Positions 54,442 to 63,642 of a stretch of 64,000 nucleotides of DNA are shown here, piece by piece. This DNA is from an uncultured Mycoplasmatota bacterium (GTDB lineage: Bacteria; Bacillota_I; Bacilli_A; RF39; UBA660). A model generated the notes under the pieces. The model did not search any database. It was not told where the DNA came from and worked only from the letters and a program-made list of their open reading frames with translations. Within the stretch, counting starts at the first letter, position 1, and every line of letters starts with the position of its first letter. The DNA is taken from contig CAMVED010000004.1 in the NCBI GenBank assembly GCA_947166445.1, positions 2,617 to 66,616 on the forward strand, written 5' to 3'. Made by a program: the position numbers and the translations under genes.

Positions 54442-55683
54442 ATGAATGAAATAGATAAACTAGAAAGAAAAGAAAAATTATCATATAAAGAATTAGATAA
54501 TATATTTACAGGTTATTTAAATAATAAAATAGATGATGATGAAATGACAAAAGTTTTAAAACTTATTTGTAAAAATGGTCTTTCTAATGAGGAAACAATC
54601 AATCTGACTGATATATTTATAAAAAGTGGTGAAACCTTTCCTATGAATATATCATTTGTTGATAAACACTCTACTGGTGGAGTCGGAGATAAAACTACTT
54701 TAATAGTTTTGCCTATACTTGCTAGTTTAGGTGTTAGAATATCTAAAATGAGTGGAAAAGCTTTAGGATATACTGGTGGTACTATTGATAAGTTAAACAG
54801 CATTGGCGTTAAGACAGATCTTTCTAAAAAAGAGTTTTATGATGCTATTGATAAAACAAACATGGTAATATCTAGTCAAACTGCTGATCTTTGTCCTATG
54901 GATAAAAAAGTATATGCTTTAAGGGATGTTACTGGTACTACAAAATCTATTCCTTTAATAGCTGCAAGTATTATGAGTAAAAAAATAGCTAGTGGTGCTG
55001 GGAAAATATTAATAGATATTAAAGTAGGTAAAGGTGCTTTAATAGAAAATAAAAAACAAGCTATGGAACTTGCTTCTTTAATGATAGAAATTGGTAAAAA
55101 GTATGATAGAAGAGTTATATGTATGCTAACTAGAATGGACAATCCTTTGGGGGATAATATAGGTAATAAGCTTGAGATAGAAGAAGTAATTGATGTTTTA
55201 AAAAATAAAAAACAAGGTAATTTGAGAACTCTTACAATAGAAATGGCTACTATTATGTATACATTAAATAAGAATGTATCAAAAGAAAGAGCAAAAAGTA
55301 TGGTAGAACATGTTCTTGATAATGGGAGTGCTTATAAGAAGTTTGAGGAATATGTTAAACTGCAAGGTGGTAGTTTTGAAAAAATAGATGCTGATTGTAC
55401 TGAAATTACTAGTTTAAAGAGTGGTTACATCAAGAGTATTAACAGTAGAATAATTGGAGAAACTTCTATGCTTTTAGGAGCTGGCAGAGTTAAAAAGAAT
55501 AGTAAGATTAATTATGATGCTGGTGTAGTTCTAATTAAGAATATTGGTGACAAGGTTAAAAAAGGAGAAGTTATTTGTAGATTGTATGGAAAAAGTATTG
55601 ATTATAACTCTATATATAAAGCTTTTCATATTTCTAAAATAAAACCTATAAAAAAGAATATTATTATGAAAATAATAGATTAA
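54442..55683 (+). CDS. pdp: Pyrimidine-nucleoside (thymidine) phosphorylase
   Basis: Start at ATG 54442 (TAGGTGA upstream). Contains DKHSTGGVGDKT, SGKALGYTGGTIDKL, RDVTGT and SIMSKK, which are diagnostic for Pdp/DeoA. Confidence 0.9.
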   Translation: MNEIDKLERKEKLSYKELDNIFTGYLNNKIDDDEMTKVLKLICKNGLSNEETINLTDIFIKSGETFPMNISFVDKHSTGGVGDKTTLIVLPILASLGVRISKMSGKALGYTGGTIDKLNSIGVKTDLSKKEFYDAIDKTNMVISSQTADLCPMDKKVYALRDVTGTTKSIPLIAASIMSKKIASGAGKILIDIKVGKGALIENKKQAMELASLMIEIGKKYDRRVICMLTRMDNPLGDNIGNKLEIEEVIDVLKNKKQGNLRTLTIEMATIMYTLNKNVSKERAKSMVEHVLDNGSAYKKFEEYVKLQGGSFEKIDADCTEITSLKSGYIKSINSRIIGETSMLLGAGRVKKNSKINYDAGVVLIKNIGDKVKKGEVICRLYGKSIDYNSIYKAFHISKIKPIKKNIIMKIID

Positions 55684-55712
55684 TTGTAAATAAGGGTAAT
55701 TTATGTTATAAT
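55684..55712 (+). promoter_or_regulatory. Sigma-A type promoter (extended -10) for the TM2/DUF2752 gene pair
   Basis: TTGTAA (55684-55689), 17 nt spacer, TGT-TATAAT (-10 at 55707-55712). GAGGAG RBS precedes ATG 55735. Confidence 0.55.
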
Positions 55713-55734
55713 TAGCCCAAGAGGAGTTGATAAT

Positions 55735-56082
55735 ATGAAGTATTGTTCAAATTGTGGTGCTGAAATAAAAGAAGGAGCTGCATTTTGTCCAAAATGTGGT
55801 ACTAAAGTTGGTGCTAAGAAAGCAGCCGAAGGTACAGTTGCTAATGGTGCTAGTACAAATGTACAACCTAAATCTAGAGTAGCAGCAGGTTTACTTCAAA
55901 TTTTTCTTGGAGGATTTGGTGTTGGTAGATTTTATCTAGGTTATACTGGTATTGGTGTTGCACAATTATTAGTTTCAGTATTTACATGTGGTATTGGCGC
56001 TATATGGCCATTTATTGATGGAATATTAATCTTAACTGGTTCAGTAAGTACTGATGCTGATGGTAATCCTTTAAGTGAATAA
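55735..56082 (+). CDS. Zinc-ribbon plus TM2-domain membrane protein
   Basis: 115 aa. N-terminal CSNCGAEIKEGAAFCPKCG, then the TM2 signature AAGLLQIFLGGFGVGRFYLGYTGIGVAQLL...WPFIDGILIL. Confidence 0.75.
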   Translation: MKYCSNCGAEIKEGAAFCPKCGTKVGAKKAAEGTVANGASTNVQPKSRVAAGLLQIFLGGFGVGRFYLGYTGIGVAQLLVSVFTCGIGAIWPFIDGILILTGSVSTDADGNPLSE

Positions 56083-56443
56083 ACAAAATAAGCAAATACT
56101 ATTTGCTTTTTTGATGTTAATTGTGTTTGGAATTTTTGTAGTATTTGCTTTCGATGTAAATTGTATTTTTAAAAGTGTTTTTGGGATACCTTGTCCTGGG
56201 TGCGGATTAACTAGAGGTTTTAGAGCACTTTTTTCAGGTGATTTTATTAAAACTGAATCTTATAATATTTTAACTATTCCCATATTTTTATTCTTATTAT
56301 TTATTTTAGTTCTTATGATAATAGATATAGTTAATAAATGTAATAATACTGAAAAAATTTTAAAAAAGATTTCAAATCACTATATATTACTAATTATTAT
56401 AGTGTGTTTAAACTGGATAATAAATATAGTAAGAGGGGTTTAA
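56075..56443 (+). CDS. DUF2752-family membrane protein
   Basis: 122 aa. CPGCGLTRGF motif after the first TM helix. 8-nt overlap with the TM2 gene. Confidence 0.7.
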   Translation: MNKQNKQILFAFLMLIVFGIFVVFAFDVNCIFKSVFGIPCPGCGLTRGFRALFSGDFIKTESYNILTIPIFLFLLFILVLMIIDIVNKCNNTEKILKKISNHYILLIIIVCLNWIINIVRGV

Positions 56444-57516
56444 GACTCCCTTTTTTTAATGCTTGCTATTGATAATATAATAAGTATAGGTAGTAGAATG
56501 CTTAATATATATGGTAGTATATTTATAAAATTATTTAAATTATTGTTCTTGAAAAAATAAATACTTATTAATGGAATAAGTAACCCTATTAAATAAGTTA
56601 AAATGTTTGTTTTATTTTTGTTTAGTTTTAAAGTCTTTGAAATGTTTTCTTTTAAATAGTAAATTAGATAAGATATTTGTATGTAAGATGTTGCAATTAT
56701 TTGAATTGCAGCAAAGTTTTCTATTCTTTCTATGAAACCTAATATTTGTATTTTTTTGAATAGTGAATAAACAGGATATGTTAGAATACTTGCTAAATCT
56801 ATGGTATAAATTGATATGATTAAGAAGAGAAAAGTTATAATTATAAATGATGCAGTTATATAAGCTGTAATTATTTTTCTTTTAAAGTTTTTTTTATCAT
56901 TTGTTATGTGTTTTAAATCTAAAATATAAATAATTGGTAGAGTTGTGTATGTTAAATAAATTATAGAGCTTTTTACAACCTTATTTGTTGTTACATCTAT
57001 GTATGGTTTTAAATTATCTAGTTTTACGTATGAAATTAAACAAAACCATAAAGAAATCATTATTATTACTGTTATTATAAATAAAACAAAGTATGTTCTT
57101 GATGTTGTTTCAATTCCTTTGTTTATAGACCAGCAAGTTATTGTGAAAAATATAAGTGTTATGAGGTAGTATGATGTTCTTGTTAAAAATTGACTTATTA
57201 TAAAATCTACTGTTAACCAAGAATTTATAAATATAATTATAATTGCTATTATGATTAATAATAGATTTAATATTTTCCCAAAAAAACCTAGTTTTTCTAT
57301 CATATAGTCTTTTAATGATTTATTTGTTATTTTCGTACTTATAAATGCTGTTATTATAACAGGAATAAATCCTATTATAGTAGCAATTAACACTGATAAT
57401 ATAGAAGCGTTTCTTGATATGTTAAGAAGCAGAATGTTAATAAGCCCTGGGAAGAGTGCAACTATTAAACATATTTGGGTAGTAAAAACTTGTCCACTAC
57501 TTATTTTCCCATTCAT
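56440..57516 (-). CDS. Spore germinant receptor B subunit (GerAB/GerKB-type APC-superfamily permease)
   Basis: 358 aa with about 10 TM segments. N-terminal ISSGQVFTTQICLIV is typical of Ger(x)B. It is the last gene of a gerA-type operon. Confidence 0.8.
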   Translation of the reverse strand: MNGKISSGQVFTTQICLIVALFPGLINILLLNISRNASILSVLIATIIGFIPVIITAFISTKITNKSLKDYMIEKLGFFGKILNLLLIIIAIIIIFINSWLTVDFIISQFLTRTSYYLITLIFFTITCWSINKGIETTSRTYFVLFIITVIIMISLWFCLISYVKLDNLKPYIDVTTNKVVKSSIIYLTYTTLPIIYILDLKHITNDKKNFKRKIITAYITASFIIITFLFLIISIYTIDLASILTYPVYSLFKKIQILGFIERIENFAAIQIIATSYIQISYLIYYLKENISKTLKLNKNKTNILTYLIGLLIPLISIYFFKNNNLNNFINILPYILSILLPILIILSIASIKKRES

Positions 57517-58635
57517 TTAAACAGCTCCTTTATTTGTATTACCTGATCTATATATTTTTGTTTTTATGTTGATTTTTATATTTTCATAAAAGTTACTATC
57601 TTTGTATTTTTTGTATTCTTTATAATTGTTTCTATATATGTTGTTTTCAATTCCTAAAACATCAGTATTTGTTTCTTTACAGTAATTTATTAAACTTGTT
57701 ATATATTTTTTTAATTCTTGTTTTATTACTTTTTCTAATTCTTTATGAGTTTTTTTATCATTCGGATTTATTTTGAAGTTAACTTCATTTAGTTTTGTTT
57801 CGATTATGACATTTATGTTTGTAAAAACTTTGTTGTTTTTTAATTCAGTTTTAATTTTTGTTTTGGGATTAAATAGAATGATCCCGATTATTTTATCTTT
57901 GTATTTAGGTGTTATAACTACATCATAATAGTTACCGTTTATGGTATTGTAGGCGATAGATTCTTCACTGTTCATTTCTTTTTGTATTTTGTTATTTTTT
58001 AAAGCTGCGAGATTAGCTATAATTGTGTTACTTGTTTTGCTATCACTTTGTTTATTTATTTTGATAAGAGGTATTACAGGATCAATTCCCTTTTGTAAGT
58101 AGTCTTGAAGAAATTCTTCAAAAGTAATCAGTTTTACTGTTCCTGTTCTTTTGGTTCCGTTTTCTAGTGAACTTTTTATTTGTTCTGTTGCGAAACTATT
58201 TTCTTTTTCATTTTGTGGTTTTAGAGTTTCTTTTGCAGTTACTTCTTTGTTAACTAACACGTTTCCTGTTGCTCTTACTTCAGGAGATCTTAGTATATAA
58301 TCAAAAACATCATTTACTTTTTTCTCCGCTGTTTCTTTTCCTAAGATTATTATTTCTAGATGACCAAGATAAACTGTTTTAGGATATTTCTCTGATAGAT
58401 TTCTTATTGCTTTTCCTATGGTTTGTCCTTTTGCTTCGTAAATGAGTGATGTTTGTTTTACATTGTTTCCTTCAGATCTTGTAACATCCATCACTTGAGC
58501 GGTTATTTCATATTCATTATTTTTGTAATCGATTCCTAAAGCCGATACAATTGCTAGTTTGTTTAGTTCTATATAACTACATCCTGAATTGCTAATTATA
58601 ATTAGTGTTAATAATATTATTCTTATTATTTTCAT
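57517..58635 (-). CDS. Spore germinant receptor C subunit (Ger(x)C lipoprotein)
   Basis: 372 aa. Lipobox ISNSGC, then ELNKLAIVSALGIDY, typical of the Ger(x)C N-terminus. Confidence 0.8.
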   Translation of the reverse strand: MKIIRIILLTLIIISNSGCSYIELNKLAIVSALGIDYKNNEYEITAQVMDVTRSEGNNVKQTSLIYEAKGQTIGKAIRNLSEKYPKTVYLGHLEIIILGKETAEKKVNDVFDYILRSPEVRATGNVLVNKEVTAKETLKPQNEKENSFATEQIKSSLENGTKRTGTVKLITFEEFLQDYLQKGIDPVIPLIKINKQSDSKTSNTIIANLAALKNNKIQKEMNSEESIAYNTINGNYYDVVITPKYKDKIIGIILFNPKTKIKTELKNNKVFTNINVIIETKLNEVNFKINPNDKKTHKELEKVIKQELKKYITSLINYCKETNTDVLGIENNIYRNNYKEYKKYKDSNFYENIKINIKTKIYRSGNTNKGAV

Positions 58636-60062
58636 AGATTGCTCCTTGTATAGTTTTTATCTGTTAATATTTTCATTCTTTTACTTTCTTTAGTAATTGG
58701 ATTTTTTATTAAAACTTCTTTTAAAAATGTTTTATCAAGTGGGATTAGTGGATATAGATATGGTTTTGATACTGTTCTTAAACTACTTAAATGTGTTATT
58801 AAAATGATACTTGCAAAGAAAATTCCAATTATTCCTGCGATTGATGCAAATAGCATAAATATAATTCTCCATAGTCTTATTGCGTTTACCATGCCAATAT
58901 TTGAAAACATTAGGGATGATATTGCAGATAATGCAATTATAATTACCATAATTGGAGATACTATTCCAGCGGCTACGGCAGCATCTCCTAGGACAATTGC
59001 TCCAAGAATTGATATAGCGGTACCTGACAGGTGGGGCATTCTTATGTCACTTTCTCTTAAAAGTTCAAATACTAAGGTTAGACCAAGAGCTTCTGCAATT
59101 AAAGGGAATGGAACTCCTTCTCGTTGTGCTGCAAAGTTAATGAGTAGGGTAACTGGAATTGCTTCATGATCATAAGTAGTTATTGCTACGTGGAAAGCAG
59201 GTAATATTATTGCCAGTAAAAAGGCTGTATATCTGATTATTCTTGTGAATGTTACATTTATAGAACTTTGATAGTTATCTTCTGCTGCGTGAAATAAATC
59301 ACTAAAAAATGTTGGAATGATAAGTGCATATGGTGAGTTTTCTGCTGCAATACATATTTTCCCTTCAAGCAAACTTAATGAGGCATTATCTGGACGTTCA
59401 GTTGTCATTACTGTAGGAAAAGCACTTTGTTCTTTTTCTAGGATTTCTTTTATGTAAGTGCTATCTAAAATAGCATCTATATCTATATTATCAAGTCTAT
59501 TTTCAACATCTTTTAAAAGATCGGGTTCTATTATATTGTCCATATAAAAGATAGCTATTTTTGTTTTTGATTGTTTACCAATTGTTTTTTCTTTTATTAC
59601 TAAATTATTTGTTTTTATTCTTTTTCTAATTAAGCCAATATTGGTTTGGTAGTTTTCAGTAAAAGCATCTTTTGGTCCACTTATTGATTGTTCTGTGAGA
59701 GGTTCTGATATTCCTCTTGATAGATCTTGTCTTGTTTCAATAGCAAAAGGTTTTTCATTTTCAATTATTACTATAGTAAAACCTGATCCAATTTTTGTGT
59801 ATAAGTCATTTTTGTTTTCTACGTCTTGTATAATGTTTTCAGGTATTATATTAGTTAAGTGATTATATATATTTTTTCTAGTTATTCTTTTTTTTAGAGT
59901 GGTTAGTTTTTCTAAAATAAATTCATTTATGTTGTTACTATTTGTTAGGGTTACATTATAAATAAGTAGTATTTCTTTCTTTTTTATTTTTACTTTTCTA
60001 AATATAATATCCGGAGAGTTTTTAAAGTCTTTTTTCATTGTTTCTATTATCTTATCTAACAT
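58632..60062 (-). CDS. Spore germinant receptor A subunit (GerAA/GerKA family)
   Basis: 476 aa. A soluble N-domain (ISGPKDAFTENYQTNIGLIRKR) and a C-terminal 5-TM domain (PFPLIAEALGLTLVFELLRE). 4-nt overlap with the C-subunit gene. Confidence 0.85.
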   Translation of the reverse strand: MLDKIIETMKKDFKNSPDIIFRKVKIKKKEILLIYNVTLTNSNNINEFILEKLTTLKKRITRKNIYNHLTNIIPENIIQDVENKNDLYTKIGSGFTIVIIENEKPFAIETRQDLSRGISEPLTEQSISGPKDAFTENYQTNIGLIRKRIKTNNLVIKEKTIGKQSKTKIAIFYMDNIIEPDLLKDVENRLDNIDIDAILDSTYIKEILEKEQSAFPTVMTTERPDNASLSLLEGKICIAAENSPYALIIPTFFSDLFHAAEDNYQSSINVTFTRIIRYTAFLLAIILPAFHVAITTYDHEAIPVTLLINFAAQREGVPFPLIAEALGLTLVFELLRESDIRMPHLSGTAISILGAIVLGDAAVAAGIVSPIMVIIIALSAISSLMFSNIGMVNAIRLWRIIFMLFASIAGIIGIFFASIILITHLSSLRTVSKPYLYPLIPLDKTFLKEVLIKNPITKESKRMKILTDKNYTRSNL

Positions 60063-60188
60063 ATAATCACGCCTTTGTTTATAGTGTGTTCTGAAACAGA
60101 TTTATAATACTGTAAAATGGATTATTTATAGTGTAAACTTTCTATAATTATGTTTTAAATCATGTTATAATTAATTAAGGTGAAGTAT

Positions 60189-62258
60189 ATGTTAGAAAAC
60201 TTAAATGATATGCAAATAAAAGCTGTTAAACATAAAGATGGACCATTACTCATTCTTGCAGGAGCAGGCTCTGGGAAAACAAAAGTTCTTACTACAAGAA
60301 TTGCTTATTTAATAGATCAAGGAGTTAATTCTAGTAATATATTAGCTATTACTTTTACTAATAAAGCTGCAAAAGAGATGAAGGAAAGAATTGAAAAACT
60401 TGTTGGCAAAACTAGTATCTGGGCTTCTACTTTTCATTCTTTTGGTGTTAGAATACTTCGTGAAAACTATGATAAATTAGGATATAAAAATAACTTTGTT
60501 ATTATGGATAGTGATGACTCTTTAACACTTGTTAAAAAAATATTAAAAGATTTAGGATATGATCCAAAAAGAGTTAGTCCTTATATGATTAGAAACAAAA
60601 TATCTAGTAATAAAAGTGAATTTGTTATGCCTGAAGAATATAAAAAGTTCGTACATGGCGAAGAAGATGATATTGTTTATAAAGTTTATAAAAAATATCA
60701 AGAAGTTTTATTTAAAAATAATTCTGTTGATTTTGATGATTTGCTAATTTTACCAGTTCGTTTATTTAAAGAAAATTCTGATGTTTTGGAATACTATCAA
60801 GATAAGTTTAAATATATTTTAGTAGATGAGTATCAAGATACTAACCATGCACAATATTTAATGATTAGGCTTTTAGCTAATAAATATAGAAATCTTACTT
60901 GCGTAGGAGACAACGATCAGTCGATCTATATGTTCCGCGGAGCAAATTATAAGAATATTTTAAATTTTGAAAAAGATTACCCAGATGCTGAAGTAATTAT
61001 GCTTGAACAAAACTATAGATCTACAAAAACAATCTTGAAGGCCGCGAATAGTGTTATAAAAAACAATACTTTTCGTAAAGATAAAAACTTATGGAGTGAT
61101 AAAGAAGAAGGGGATAAAATTACTTTTTATAAGGCATATGATGAAACGGATGAAGTTTTTTATATAATTCGTAAAATAAAAGAACTTGTAAGTAGTGGAG
61201 TACCTTATGCTGATATTGCAGTTCTTTATAGAACAAATGCACAGTCGCGTGTTTTTGAACAAGAAATGTTAAGACAAAATATGCCTTTTAGGATTATTGG
61301 TAGTTTTTACTTTTATAGTAGAAAAGAAATTAAAGATTTACTTGCATATTTAAGACTTATTCATAATACTGATGATAATGTAAGTTTAGAACGTGCTATT
61401 AATACTCCAAAAAGAGGAATTGGTCCAAAGACTATAAGTGAAATAGAGGCAAGTGCAAGTTTTTATAATACAAGTATGTTTGATGCTATTAGTGATGGTA
61501 AAGCACTTGAGTTTAAAAATATGATACTTAGTTTGAAAGAAGAACTAAGTAATTGTTCACTTACAGAGTTTATTGATAAAGTTCTTGATCAGAGTGGTAT
61601 GAGAGCAGCTTTAAAAGCTGAAAAAAGTTTAGAAGCTGATATCCGTTTAGAAAACTTAGAAGAGTTTAAATCTGTTACTAAAGAATTTGAAGAACGTGTT
61701 GGGGTTATTTCTTTAGAAGAATTTTTACTTGAAATAAGTTTGGTTTCTGATATAGAAGAGTATAAAGATGATTCTAATAGAGTTACTCTTATGACAGTTC
61801 ATTCTGTTAAAGGTCTTGAATATCCTTATGTTTTTGTAGCGGGTATGGAGGAAGGGTTATTTCCTCACAAAAATAGTTATAGTCCTGATGAAATGGAAGA
61901 AGAAAGAAGACTAATGTATGTAGCTATTACTCGTGCTATGAAAAAGCTTTATATAACAGCTGCGAAAAAGAGGATGATATATGGTGTAGAAAGTCCTTCG
62001 ATTTTAAGTAGATTTGTTAAAGAAATAGATCCAGATTTAATTGAAGAACTTAATAAAGATGAAAAACTAGTTGTAAAAAAAGAAAGTAAAATGCATTCTA
62101 CAGAGCAGGATTATAATTATGGTGATAGAGTAGAACACGATGTATATGGTCTTGGTGTTGTTATAGAAGTTACTAACACAATACTTACTGTTGCCTTTAA
62201 TAAAAATATTGGAATAAAGAAGTTAATGAAGAATCATAAAAGTATAAAGAAGGTGTGA
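60189..62258 (+). CDS. pcrA: ATP-dependent DNA helicase PcrA (UvrD/Rep superfamily 1A)
   Basis: Start at ATG 60189 (AAGGTGA upstream). Helicase motifs AGAGSGKT, TFTNKAA, VDEYQDTN, GDNDQSIY, LEQNYRS, VLYRTN, TVHSVKGLE and YVAITRA. Confidence 0.9.
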   Translation: MLENLNDMQIKAVKHKDGPLLILAGAGSGKTKVLTTRIAYLIDQGVNSSNILAITFTNKAAKEMKERIEKLVGKTSIWASTFHSFGVRILRENYDKLGYKNNFVIMDSDDSLTLVKKILKDLGYDPKRVSPYMIRNKISSNKSEFVMPEEYKKFVHGEEDDIVYKVYKKYQEVLFKNNSVDFDDLLILPVRLFKENSDVLEYYQDKFKYILVDEYQDTNHAQYLMIRLLANKYRNLTCVGDNDQSIYMFRGANYKNILNFEKDYPDAEVIMLEQNYRSTKTILKAANSVIKNNTFRKDKNLWSDKEEGDKITFYKAYDETDEVFYIIRKIKELVSSGVPYADIAVLYRTNAQSRVFEQEMLRQNMPFRIIGSFYFYSRKEIKDLLAYLRLIHNTDDNVSLERAINTPKRGIGPKTISEIEASASFYNTSMFDAISDGKALEFKNMILSLKEELSNCSLTEFIDKVLDQSGMRAALKAEKSLEADIRLENLEEFKSVTKEFEERVGVISLEEFLLEISLVSDIEEYKDDSNRVTLMTVHSVKGLEYPYVFVAGMEEGLFPHKNSYSPDEMEEERRLMYVAITRAMKKLYITAAKKRMIYGVESPSILSRFVKEIDPDLIEELNKDEKLVVKKESKMHSTEQDYNYGDRVEHDVYGLGVVIEVTNTILTVAFNKNIGIKKLMKNHKSIKKV

Positions 62259-62259
62259 T

Positions 62260-63168
62260 ATGAAAAAAACTTTAGTAGTAATGGCTGCTGGAATGGGTTC
62301 TAGGTTTGGAGGACTTAAACAAATTGAACCTGTAGGTCCAAGTGGTGAATATATTATTGATTATTCGATTTATGATGCTATAAGAGTGGGATTTAAAAAA
62401 ATAGTTTTTGTTATCAGAGAAGAACATTTGGATATTTTTAAAGAAACTATTGGTAAGAGAATAGATCCTAAAGTAGAAGTTTGTTATGCTTTTCAAAAAC
62501 TAGATGATTTGCCTGTTTATTGTGATACTAGTTTGAGAACTAAGCCTCTGGGAACTGGTCATGCTGTATATGCTGCAAGGGACTATATAGATAGTAATTT
62601 TGCAGTTATAAATGCTGATGACTTTTACGGATATGATGCATTAAAACAAATATCAAATTTTCTTGATAATAATTTAATAGATTCAAAGGAAAACTATGCA
62701 CTTGTTGGGTATAAACTTGTTAATACTGTTACAGAAAATGGTACTGTTACAAGAGGAGTTTGTATTATTAATAATGATGGTCTTCGCGCCTTGCAAGAAT
62801 GTGTCATTGGATGGGATAATGGAGTTTTATACAAAACAGTTATTGACAGTGATAATAAGGAGATTGCAGATTCAAATTCTTTGGTTTCTATGAATTTGTT
62901 TGGCTTTCCTAAAGAGTTTATTGTTCATGTAGAGGAAGAACTTGTATCATTTATAGAAGAAAATAAAAATGATATGAGTAAAGTGGAGTTTTCTCTTCCT
63001 AAAACAGTTACTAAACAAATAAGAAATGGAAATGCAAAGGTTAAAGTTTTAAAAACTGATGAATCTTGGTATGGTGTTACTTATAAAGAAGATAAACAAA
63101 TGGTGGTTGATGCTATCAATAAAATGATAGAATCTGGAATTTATAAGAAAAACTTATGGGAAAAGTAA
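62260..63168 (+). CDS. Sugar-phosphate nucleotidyltransferase-family protein (substrate unknown)
   Basis: 302 aa. N-terminal MAAGMGSRFGGLKQ (GxGxR NTP-transferase motif). The start is 1 nt after the pcrA stop. Confidence 0.7.
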   Translation: MKKTLVVMAAGMGSRFGGLKQIEPVGPSGEYIIDYSIYDAIRVGFKKIVFVIREEHLDIFKETIGKRIDPKVEVCYAFQKLDDLPVYCDTSLRTKPLGTGHAVYAARDYIDSNFAVINADDFYGYDALKQISNFLDNNLIDSKENYALVGYKLVNTVTENGTVTRGVCIINNDGLRALQECVIGWDNGVLYKTVIDSDNKEIADSNSLVSMNLFGFPKEFIVHVEEELVSFIEENKNDMSKVEFSLPKTVTKQIRNGNAKVKVLKTDESWYGVTYKEDKQMVVDAINKMIESGIYKKNLWEK

Positions 63169-63270
63169 TTAAATTACTAGACAAAATTATATTTTTGTGT
63201 TAATATTAATAACGTTAATTAAGCAATCCGCTGTATTTATATATGATTGTTAAGATAAGGAGGAATAGTG

Positions 63271-63624
63271 ATGGATTTAGCTCAAAAAGTATCAGCTAAA
63301 CAACTAAAAAGTGATATTCCTGAATTCAGAGTTGGAGATACTGTTCGTGTAGATGTTAAAATTATCGAAGGTAAAAAAGAACGTATTCAAGCATTCGAAG
63401 GAATAGTCACATCACGTAAAGGTGGAGGTATAAACGAAACATTTACGGTTAGAAAAATTTCTTATGGAGTAGGAGTAAACAGAATTTTCCCTGTACATTC
63501 TCCAAAGGTAGCAAAAATTACTGTAATTAAGAATGGTAAAGTAAGACGTGCTAAGTTAAACTTCTTAAAGAAACGTGTTAGTGGATACAGAATTAAAGAA
63601 AGAGGAAATAAGGCCGGTAAATAA
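63271..63624 (+). CDS. rplS: 50S ribosomal protein L19
   Basis: Start at ATG 63271 (AAGGAGG 7 nt upstream). [31 protein letters not shown] and RRAKL are colinear with B. subtilis L19. Confidence 0.95.
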   Translation: MDLAQKVSAKQLKSDIPEFRVGDTVRVDVKIIEGKKERIQAFEGIVTSRKGGGINETFTVRKISYGVGVNRIFPVHSPKVAKITVIKNGKVRRAKLNFLKKRVSGYRIKERGNKAGK

Positions 63625-63642
63625 GCCTTATTTTTTTAAGTT

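Noticed and set aside
37747-62893. Shadow ORFs at 37747-38013(-), 37826-38047(+), 40223-40411(-), 41239-41511(+), 49926-50123(-), 51389-51571(-), 54513-54803(-), 54876-55142(-), 58804-59169(+), 62272-62496(-) and 62696-62893(+).
   Set aside because: All are nested in longer genes with clear homology-type motifs on the other strand or frame, so I treat them as non-coding.
63169-63270. Possible L19 (rplS) autoregulatory leader RNA.
   Set aside because: I cannot fold a convincing conserved structure by eye or match it to the known Bacillus L19 leader. It is mentioned only as a check in the findings and not called as a feature.
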